DNA of 64,000 nucleotides from Escherichia coli (GTDB lineage Bacteria; Pseudomonadota; Gammaproteobacteria; Enterobacterales; Enterobacteriaceae): NCBI RefSeq assembly GCF_041248615.1, contig NZ_CP158426.1; one strand, 5' to 3'. Shown piece by piece: positions 54,353 to 64,000 of this stretch (position 1 is its first letter; each line of letters starts with the position of its first letter). The notes under the pieces were generated by a model. It saw only the letters and a program-made list of their open reading frames with translations, ran no database searches and was not told where the DNA came from. The position numbers and the translations under genes were made by a program.

Positions 54353-55393
54353 ATGATCACCATTCGTGATGTAGCGCGTCAGGCTGGCGTCTCTGTGGCA
54401 ACGGTTTCCCGAGTGCTCAATAACAGTACGCTGGTCAGTGCTGACACGCGTGAAGCAGTAATGAAAGCCGTTAGTGAGCTGGATTATCGACCAAATGCCA
54501 ATGCCCAGGCGCTGGCAACTCAGGTTAGCGACACCATTGGCGTGGTGGTGATGGACGTTTCTGATGCGTTTTTCGGCGCGCTGGTAAAAGCGGTGGATCT
54601 GGTCGCCCAGCAGCATCAGAAATACGTGCTAATCGGCAATAGCTATCATGAAGCGGAAAAAGAGCGTCACGCCATTGAGGTGTTAATTCGCCAGCGTTGT
54701 AATGCGTTGATTGTTCACTCAAAAGCATTGAGTGACGATGAACTGGCGCAATTTATGGATAACATTCCCGGTATGGTGTTAATCAACCGCGTTGTGCCGG
54801 GGTACGCCCATCGTTGCGTTTGCCTGGATAATCTCAGTGGTGCCCGAATGGCGACGCGCATGTTGCTGAATAACGGCCATCAACGTATTGGTTATCTTTC
54901 TTCCAGCCACGGCATTGAAGATGACGCCATGCGTAAAGCAGGCTGGATGAGTGCGTTGAAAGAGCAGGATATTATTCCGCCGGAAAGTTGGATTGGCACT
55001 GGCACGCCTGACATGCCGGGCGGTGAGGCGGCGATGGTTGAACTGCTGGGGCGCAATCTACAACTTACCGCTGTATTTGCTTATAACGACAATATGGCCG
55101 CTGGCGCACTGACAGCATTAAAAGATAATGGCATTGCGATTCCGTTACATCTCTCCATCATCGGTTTCGATGATATTCCCATCGCCCGTTACACCGACCC
55201 GCAATTAACGACCGTACGTTATCCCATTGCTTCAATGGCGAAATTAGCCACCGAACTGGCCTTGCAGGGGGCAGCAGGAAATATTGATCCTCGTGCCAGC
55301 CACTGTTTTATGCCGACGTTAGTGCGTCGCCATTCTGTCGCAACGCGCCAGAATGCGGCGGCGATCACTAACTCAACAAATCAGGCGATGTAA
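54353..55393 (+). CDS. galS: LacI-family repressor GalS (mgl-galactose isorepressor)
   Basis: 346 aa from ATG at 54353 ([24 protein letters not shown]...); GTG two codons upstream. Confidence 0.93.
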   Translation: MITIRDVARQAGVSVATVSRVLNNSTLVSADTREAVMKAVSELDYRPNANAQALATQVSDTIGVVVMDVSDAFFGALVKAVDLVAQQHQKYVLIGNSYHEAEKERHAIEVLIRQRCNALIVHSKALSDDELAQFMDNIPGMVLINRVVPGYAHRCVCLDNLSGARMATRMLLNNGHQRIGYLSSSHGIEDDAMRKAGWMSALKEQDIIPPESWIGTGTPDMPGGEAAMVELLGRNLQLTAVFAYNDNMAAGALTALKDNGIAIPLHLSIIGFDDIPIARYTDPQLTTVRYPIASMAKLATELALQGAAGNIDPRASHCFMPTLVRRHSVATRQNAAAITNSTNQAM

Positions 55394-55405
55394 CCGCTTT
55401 CAATC

Positions 55406-55421
55406 TGTGAGTGATTTCACA
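55406..55421. promoter_or_regulatory. CRP binding site in mglB promoter region
   Basis: TGTGAGTGATTTCACA (TGTGA-N6-TCACA). Confidence 0.75.
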
Positions 55422-55672
55422 GTATCTTAACAATGTGATAGCTATGATTGCACCGTTTTAACGTTGTAACCCGTATGTAACAGTGAATAATCACTTTCAC
55501 CGAGGTAATAGCGTCATAACAACAATTAAAGCCGTTTTCTGGAGCGTTACCGGGCATGGAAGAACGAATTTTAAAAAGTGAGCTTCGGCGTTCAGTAACA
55601 CTTCATTAACTCTACTGCCCCGCCGAGCATTTATCTCAAGCACTACCCTGCATAAGAAAAACCGGAGATACC

Positions 55673-56671
55673 ATGAATAAGAAGGTGTTAACCCTGTCTG
55701 CTGTGATGGCCAGCATGTTATTCGGTGCCGCTGCACACGCTGCTGATACTCGCATTGGTGTAACAATCTATAAGTACGACGATAACTTTATGTCTGTAGT
55801 GCGCAAGGCTATTGAGCAAGATGCGAAAGCCGCGCCAGATGTTCAGCTGCTGATGAATGATTCTCAGAATGACCAGTCCAAGCAGAACGATCAGATCGAC
55901 GTATTGCTGGCGAAAGGGGTGAAGGCACTGGCAATCAACCTGGTTGACCCGGCAGCTGCGGGTACGGTGATTGAGAAAGCGCGTGGGCAAAACGTGCCGG
56001 TGGTTTTCTTCAACAAAGAACCGTCTCGTAAGGCGCTGGATAGCTACGACAAAGCCTACTACGTTGGCACTGACTCCAAAGAGTCCGGCATTATTCAGGG
56101 CGATTTGATTGCTAAACACTGGGCGGCGAATCAGGGTTGGGATCTGAACAAAGACGGTCAGATTCAGTTCGTACTGCTGAAAGGTGAGCCGGGCCATCCG
56201 GATGCAGAAGCACGTACCACTTACGTGATTAAAGAATTGAACGACAAAGGCATCAAAACTGAACAGTTACAGTTAGATACCGCTATGTGGGATACCGCTC
56301 AGGCGAAAGATAAGATGGACGCCTGGCTGTCTGGCCCGAACGCCAACAAAATCGAAGTGGTTATCGCCAACAACGATGCGATGGCAATGGGCGCGGTAGA
56401 AGCTCTGAAAGCACACAACAAGTCCAGCATTCCGGTGTTTGGCGTCGATGCGCTGCCAGAAGCGCTGGCGCTGGTGAAATCCGGTGCACTGGCGGGCACC
56501 GTACTGAACGATGCTAACAACCAGGCTAAAGCGACCTTTGATTTGGCGAAAAACCTGGCCGATGGCAAAGGTGCGGCTGATGGCACCAACTGGAAAATCG
56601 ACAACAAAGTGGTCCGCGTACCTTATGTTGGCGTAGATAAAGACAACCTGGCTGAATTCAGCAAGAAATAA
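55673..56671 (+). CDS. mglB: Periplasmic galactose/glucose-binding protein MglB
   Basis: 332 aa with signal peptide. Confidence 0.95.
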   Translation: MNKKVLTLSAVMASMLFGAAAHAADTRIGVTIYKYDDNFMSVVRKAIEQDAKAAPDVQLLMNDSQNDQSKQNDQIDVLLAKGVKALAINLVDPAAAGTVIEKARGQNVPVVFFNKEPSRKALDSYDKAYYVGTDSKESGIIQGDLIAKHWAANQGWDLNKDGQIQFVLLKGEPGHPDAEARTTYVIKELNDKGIKTEQLQLDTAMWDTAQAKDKMDAWLSGPNANKIEVVIANNDAMAMGAVEALKAHNKSSIPVFGVDALPEALALVKSGALAGTVLNDANNQAKATFDLAKNLADGKGAADGTNWKIDNKVVRVPYVGVDKDNLAEFSKK

Positions 56672-56731
56672 GACTGATTGGGCGCAGTCGTTTACTGCGC
56701 CCTTATTGTATGGCCAACAAGGTAAAATTAT

Positions 56732-58252
56732 ATGGTCAGCTCAACGACTCCGTCTTCCGGGGAATACTTGTTGGAAATGAGCGGTATCAACAAGTCTTTT
56801 CCTGGTGTTAAGGCACTTGATAACGTTAATTTAAAAGTCCGGCCACATTCTATCCATGCATTAATGGGGGAAAACGGCGCAGGAAAATCAACATTATTAA
56901 AATGCCTGTTTGGTATTTATCAAAAAGACTCCGGCACCATTTTATTCCAGGGTAAAGAGATCGATTTCCATTCTGCCAAAGAAGCGCTGGAAAATGGTAT
57001 TTCGATGGTACACCAGGAGTTAAACCTGGTATTACAACGTTCGGTGATGGATAACATGTGGCTGGGGCGATATCCCACCAAAGGCATGTTTGTCGATCAG
57101 GACAAAATGTACCGCGAAACCAAAGCGATTTTTGATGAACTGGATATTGATATCGATCCGCGTGCGCGCGTCGGCACATTATCCGTTTCGCAAATGCAGA
57201 TGATCGAAATCGCCAAAGCGTTTTCCTATAACGCGAAAATTGTGATTATGGATGAACCGACTTCTTCGTTAACCGAAAAAGAGGTCAATCATCTGTTCAC
57301 TATTATTCGTAAATTAAAAGAGCGCGGCTGCGGTATTGTTTATATCTCACATAAAATGGAAGAAATCTTCCAGTTATGTGATGAAGTTACCGTATTGCGC
57401 GACGGTCAGTGGATCGCCACTGAACCGCTGGCAGGACTGACGATGGACAAGATCATCGCCATGATGGTTGGGCGTTCTCTTAACCAGCGTTTCCCTGACA
57501 AAGAAAACAAGCCGGGCGAAGTGATTCTTGAAGTGCGTAACCTGACGTCGCTGCGCCAGCCGTCGATTCGCGATGTCTCGTTTGATCTGCATAAAGGGGA
57601 GATCCTCGGTATTGCCGGTCTGGTGGGGGCGAAACGTACCGATATTGTTGAGACGTTATTTGGTATTCGCGAGAAATCGGCTGGCACCATTACGTTGCAC
57701 GGCAAAAAGATCAATAACCATAATGCCAACGAAGCCATAAACCACGGATTTGCACTGGTAACTGAAGAGCGCCGCTCAACGGGAATTTATGCCTATCTGG
57801 ATATCGGTTTTAACTCGTTAATTTCCAATATTCGCAACTACAAAAATAAAGTTGGTTTACTGGATAACTCGCGGATGAAAAGCGATACCCAGTGGGTGAT
57901 TGATTCGATGCGGGTAAAAACACCGGGGCATCGGACGCAAATTGGTTCGCTCTCCGGCGGTAATCAGCAAAAGGTGATTATTGGTCGCTGGCTACTAACG
58001 CAACCAGAAATATTAATGCTCGATGAACCGACGCGCGGTATTGATGTCGGAGCGAAGTTTGAGATCTATCAGTTAATTGCCGAGCTGGCGAAGAAAGGCA
58101 AGGGGATTATTATTATCTCCTCCGAAATGCCAGAGCTGTTAGGGATAACAGACCGTATTCTGGTCATGAGCAATGGTCTCGTTTCCGGAATTGTCGATAC
58201 AAAAACAACAACGCAAAACGAAATTCTGCGTCTTGCGTCTTTGCACCTTTAA
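56732..58252 (+). CDS. mglA: Galactose/methyl-galactoside ABC ATPase MglA (two ABC domains)
   Basis: 506 aa; Walker [10 protein letters not shown]. Confidence 0.95.
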   Translation: MVSSTTPSSGEYLLEMSGINKSFPGVKALDNVNLKVRPHSIHALMGENGAGKSTLLKCLFGIYQKDSGTILFQGKEIDFHSAKEALENGISMVHQELNLVLQRSVMDNMWLGRYPTKGMFVDQDKMYRETKAIFDELDIDIDPRARVGTLSVSQMQMIEIAKAFSYNAKIVIMDEPTSSLTEKEVNHLFTIIRKLKERGCGIVYISHKMEEIFQLCDEVTVLRDGQWIATEPLAGLTMDKIIAMMVGRSLNQRFPDKENKPGEVILEVRNLTSLRQPSIRDVSFDLHKGEILGIAGLVGAKRTDIVETLFGIREKSAGTITLHGKKINNHNANEAINHGFALVTEERRSTGIYAYLDIGFNSLISNIRNYKNKVGLLDNSRMKSDTQWVIDSMRVKTPGHRTQIGSLSGGNQQKVIIGRWLLTQPEILMLDEPTRGIDVGAKFEIYQLIAELAKKGKGIIIISSEMPELLGITDRILVMSNGLVSGIVDTKTTTQNEILRLASLHL

Positions 58253-58267
58253 GATTAGGGGCTTCCC

Positions 58268-59278
58268 ATGAGTGCGTTAAATAAGAAAAGTTTTCTTACT
58301 TACCTGAAAGAGGGCGGTATTTACGTCGTTCTTTTAGTTTTGCTGGCAATTATTATTTTCCAGGACCCAACATTTTTAAGTCTGTTGAACTTAAGTAATA
58401 TTCTCACCCAGTCATCGGTGCGTATTATTATCGCGCTCGGTGTGGCAGGGTTAATTGTCACCCAGGGGACCGACCTTTCTGCAGGTCGCCAGGTGGGGCT
58501 GGCGGCAGTAGTAGCGGCGACGTTATTGCAGTCCATGGATAACGCCAACAAAGTGTTCCCGGAAATGGCGACGATGCCGATTGCACTGGTTATTCTGATT
58601 GTCTGTGCCATTGGTGCGGTGATCGGTTTGATCAACGGTCTGATTATCGCCTATCTCAACGTGACGCCGTTCATTACCACGCTCGGCACGATGATCATCG
58701 TCTATGGCATCAACTCGCTCTATTACGACTTTGTCGGGGCGTCGCCGATTTCTGGTTTCGACAGTGGCTTCTCTACCTTTGCTCAGGGCTTTGTCGCGCT
58801 GGGGAGTTTCCGTCTCTCTTACATCACCTTCTACGCGTTGATTGCGGTGGCGTTCGTCTGGGTGTTGTGGAACAAAACCCGCTTCGGTAAGAACATTTTT
58901 GCCATTGGCGGTAACCCGGAAGCGGCGAAAGTATCTGGTGTCAACGTCGGCCTGAACCTGCTGATGATCTACGCGTTGTCTGGTGTGTTCTATGCCTTCG
59001 GCGGGATGTTAGAAGCCGGACGTATCGGCTCTGCCACCAACAACCTCGGCTTTATGTATGAGCTGGATGCTATCGCGGCGTGTGTGGTAGGCGGTGTATC
59101 GTTCAGCGGTGGTGTAGGAACGGTGATTGGCGTGGTGACCGGGGTGATTATTTTTACCGTCATCAACTATGGCCTGACGTACATCGGCGTAAACCCATAC
59201 TGGCAGTACATCATCAAAGGGGCGATTATTATCTTCGCCGTGGCGCTGGATTCACTGAAATACGCGCGTAAGAAATGA
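58268..59278 (+). CDS. mglC: Galactose/methyl-galactoside ABC permease MglC
   Basis: 336-aa polytopic ORF. Confidence 0.94.
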   Translation: MSALNKKSFLTYLKEGGIYVVLLVLLAIIIFQDPTFLSLLNLSNILTQSSVRIIIALGVAGLIVTQGTDLSAGRQVGLAAVVAATLLQSMDNANKVFPEMATMPIALVILIVCAIGAVIGLINGLIIAYLNVTPFITTLGTMIIVYGINSLYYDFVGASPISGFDSGFSTFAQGFVALGSFRLSYITFYALIAVAFVWVLWNKTRFGKNIFAIGGNPEAAKVSGVNVGLNLLMIYALSGVFYAFGGMLEAGRIGSATNNLGFMYELDAIAACVVGGVSFSGGVGTVIGVVTGVIIFTVINYGLTYIGVNPYWQYIIKGAIIIFAVALDSLKYARKK

Positions 59279-59284
59279 TGTGAA

Positions 59285-59340
59285 TGTGGGTATTGCCGGA
59301 TGCGCCGCATCCGGCAATCGGTGCCAAATGCCGGATGCGT
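59285..59340. repeat. REP element cluster between convergent mglC and preA
   Basis: TGCCGGATGCGCCGCATCCGGCAA ... GCCGGATGCG. Confidence 0.8.
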
Positions 59341-59348
59341 CTCTGGTT

Positions 59349-60584
59349 TTACAACGTTACCGGGTGTTCTTTCTCTCCCTTCTTAAACTTCACTTCGCCG
59401 AGATCAATACAACCCACCGGGCAGACGTGACCACAAAGCAGGCAACCAACACATTTCTCGGTATTACAATGCGGTGTACGGGTTTTCTCACTCCATTCCA
59501 TCGCCTGGTGACCGCCGTCGTAACAGGAAATATAACAGCGTCCACAGCCAACACATTTATCGAGATTGATATGGGGATAGACAATATAACTGCGGTCTAA
59601 ATCTTCCGCCGGGACAATATTGTTATTCGCCAGACCTACCATATCCTGCAACGAATCAAATCCCTGATCGGCGAGATAATGCGACAACCCGCTCGCCATA
59701 TCTTCCACTATCCGATACCCGTACTGCATAATGCCGGTGGTCACCTGTAACGTTGCTGCGCCGAGCAATAAAAACTCCGCCGCATCCTCCCAGGTTTCAA
59801 TGCCGCCGATACCGCTGATTGGGAAATCGCGCAGTTCTGGATGGGTGCGCATTTGCTGAATGAAGCGCAGGGCGATCGGTTTTACCGCTTTACCGGAATA
59901 TCCGGAAATACTCGATTTACCGTTAACGATCGGCATACCGATTTTCTGATTAAGATCGATATTGGTGATGGATTTAACGGTGTTAATCGCCGCAATGCCA
60001 TCTGCGCCGCCGCGCTTCGCCGCCAGCGCCACTTCGCACATATCACCGATATTCGGCGTCATCTTCGCCAGCATTGGCAGCGTGGAACCACGTTTTACTG
60101 CCCGACAATATTTTTCGACCAGCTCCGGGCTTTGCCCGACATCGCTACCCATCGCATGAGAAGTCATTTGCGGACAGGAGAAGTTACACTCGATCATATC
60201 CGCGCCAGCTTCTTGCACCAGACGCGCCAGCTCTTCCCATTGCTGCTCATTTTCGCCCATGATTGAAGCGATCAATACTTTGTCCGGGTAATCATCTTTC
60301 AGCCGACGCAGGGCGGCCAGATTCTCTTCCAACGGATGTTCAGCAATCTGCTCCATATTTTTGAAGCCGATAAAACCGGTATCTTCTTTCACCAGATGAT
60401 CAAAACGCGGCGAAACTTCGTTGGCGATAAAAAAGCCGATCGTTTTAAACACCACGCCGCCCCAGCCAGTGTCGTAGGCTTTGGCACACATCTCATAGCA
60501 GTTGCCTACCGGCGAAGAAGAGAGGCAGAACGGGTTGGGAAACTTCACGCCGCAAAAAGTAATCGAAAGATCTTTCGTTAACAT
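59349..60584 (-). CDS. preA: NAD-dependent dihydropyrimidine dehydrogenase subunit PreA (YeiA)
   Basis: 411 aa from ATG at 60584 ([12 protein letters not shown]...); two C-terminal 4Fe-4S Cys clusters. Confidence 0.92.
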   Translation of the reverse strand: MLTKDLSITFCGVKFPNPFCLSSSPVGNCYEMCAKAYDTGWGGVVFKTIGFFIANEVSPRFDHLVKEDTGFIGFKNMEQIAEHPLEENLAALRRLKDDYPDKVLIASIMGENEQQWEELARLVQEAGADMIECNFSCPQMTSHAMGSDVGQSPELVEKYCRAVKRGSTLPMLAKMTPNIGDMCEVALAAKRGGADGIAAINTVKSITNIDLNQKIGMPIVNGKSSISGYSGKAVKPIALRFIQQMRTHPELRDFPISGIGGIETWEDAAEFLLLGAATLQVTTGIMQYGYRIVEDMASGLSHYLADQGFDSLQDMVGLANNNIVPAEDLDRSYIVYPHINLDKCVGCGRCYISCYDGGHQAMEWSEKTRTPHCNTEKCVGCLLCGHVCPVGCIDLGEVKFKKGEKEHPVTL

Positions 60585-61816
60585 GAGCAAGCTCCCTCTA
60601 AATAGTGATGAATCGCCTCGGCGGCTTCTTTCCCGGTTTTCACGGCATAGACCACGGTTTTGTCCCCCTCAACAATATCGCCAGCAGCAAAGACTTGCGG
60701 GTCGCGGGTCTGGTAATTTTGTGTTTTGATGGTGTTACGCTGTGGCTCTAACTCCGCAAAGGCATCTAGTCTGGCATGCTGACCGACGGCGAGAATAATT
60801 TTATCTGCCGCCATCGTCAGTTCGCCCGGTAACCGTACATGCTTAAACGTGACTTTATTGCCTTCCACGGCTACTGGCGTGAATCCATCGATGATCGAAA
60901 CGCCCAGCTCCCGGGCGCTGGCAAACTCTTTTTCGCTTGCCGGAAACTCATCTAACTCTTCACGCGCTACGCAAGTTACTGCCTGACAGCCGAGAACTTT
61001 CAGCGTGCTGGCTACGTCCATCGCGACATCACCGCCGCCGATAATTAATGCGTTTTGTGGAATGCTGATATCGCCTTGCGCCTGTCGTGCACGTTGCAAG
61101 AAGTCGACGGCAATCTCAACGTCGCTATGCTCAAACAGCGATAACCCGGAACCGCTCGATAACCCCACGGTGACCAGTACCGCGCGGTTTTCCGCTTTCA
61201 GTTGCTCCAGGGTGAGTGTTTTACCGATTTCGTTATTGCACTTAATGGTCACGCCCATTTTTTCAATACGGGCGATCTCTGCATCCAGTACTGATTGCGG
61301 TAACCGGAATTGCGGAATGCCGTTACGCAACCAGCCACCGGGTTGTGCTTCTTTCTCATAGATCGTGACGTCATAACCCTGGTTTGTCAGTGTCACACTG
61401 GCCTGCAATCCGGCAGGACCCGCGCCAATAATGGCGACTTTGCCGAGCGTTTTAGTACCGGGCTGATAAATTTCCATCCCAGTTTGTTGTTCAAAATCAG
61501 TAACAAAACGCTGTAAGCGACCGATATCAATGGGAGTATCAACACCGGCACGGGTACAACCGCTTTGGCATAATTTCTCCGTCGGGCACACTCTGGCACA
61601 AACGGCACCGAGGGCATTATTTTCACGAATTGTCTCGGCAGCGCCTTTAAAATTACGAAAGTAGATTGAGCGAATAAATTTCCCCGGATCGGTCTGTGCC
61701 GGGCAAGCCTGACTACAGGGAGCGTCATGACATAATAAGCAGCGAGAGGCTTCTTTAATCGCCAGTAAAGGCGTAAAAGCCGGAGTGAGTTCATCCAGAT
61801 AATTTTGTTGCGGCAT
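60578..61816 (-). CDS. preT: NAD-dependent dihydropyrimidine dehydrogenase subunit PreT (YeiT)
   Basis: 412 aa; GAGPAG dinucleotide motifs; stop overlaps preA start. Confidence 0.92.
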   Translation of the reverse strand: MPQQNYLDELTPAFTPLLAIKEASRCLLCHDAPCSQACPAQTDPGKFIRSIYFRNFKGAAETIRENNALGAVCARVCPTEKLCQSGCTRAGVDTPIDIGRLQRFVTDFEQQTGMEIYQPGTKTLGKVAIIGAGPAGLQASVTLTNQGYDVTIYEKEAQPGGWLRNGIPQFRLPQSVLDAEIARIEKMGVTIKCNNEIGKTLTLEQLKAENRAVLVTVGLSSGSGLSLFEHSDVEIAVDFLQRARQAQGDISIPQNALIIGGGDVAMDVASTLKVLGCQAVTCVAREELDEFPASEKEFASARELGVSIIDGFTPVAVEGNKVTFKHVRLPGELTMAADKIILAVGQHARLDAFAELEPQRNTIKTQNYQTRDPQVFAAGDIVEGDKTVVYAVKTGKEAAEAIHHYLEGACSC

Positions 61817-62009
61817 GTGATCTTCCTTAATGCTATGAGTAATTAAGGCGAACGCTAAATAAATATTGCGTGCTGATATTAAGGCTATGCGCGTGGGGAA
61901 ATTTAAACTGTGAAAGGATTCACAAATAGCTGCGGTTCAGAATGTTATATCCGCAGCTTATTGAGTGAAGTAATAATTATTCTCAATAATTAACAGAAAA
62001 GAGAAAATA

Positions 62010-64000
<1,991 letters not shown>

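Overview
This window is an enterobacterial chromosomal segment, collinear gene-for-gene with the Escherichia coli K-12 ccm-to-cdd region, and I found no clearly novel multi-gene system in it. About 60 protein genes have lengths and motifs matching known families, from ccmA (3' fragment) through ccmBCDEFGH, narP, yejO, tRNA-Pro, yejM/L/K, rplY, radD, rsuA, bcr, yejG, yejFEBA, rtn, mepS, lpxT, yeiR/Q, efpL, yeiW, setB, fruBKA, psuKGT, yeiL, rihB, nupX, yeiI, nfo, yeiH/E, lysP, cirA, yeiG, folE, yeiB, galS, mglBAC, preTA, yeiS and sanA to cdd (5' end outside window). There is no CRISPR array, prophage or defence island. Departures from a plain core region: (1) a complete IS1 at the narP/yejO junction with no target-site duplication, leaving yejO without a start codon or signal peptide; (2) an in-frame TAG splitting yejA into 492- and 91-codon pieces; (3) two paralogous nucleoside-type modules (psuK-psuG-psuT and rihB-nupX/yeiI), including a 1.25-kb direct duplication (psuT vs nupX) and a conserved stem-loop in both leaders; (4) several unexplained intergenic motifs (direct repeat upstream of psuK, tandem hairpins after fruA, CRP-like box upstream of preT). 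Gene names rest on recognition of the translated ORFs and on synteny, not on a database search; coordinates of short motifs are hand-counted and may be off by a base or two.
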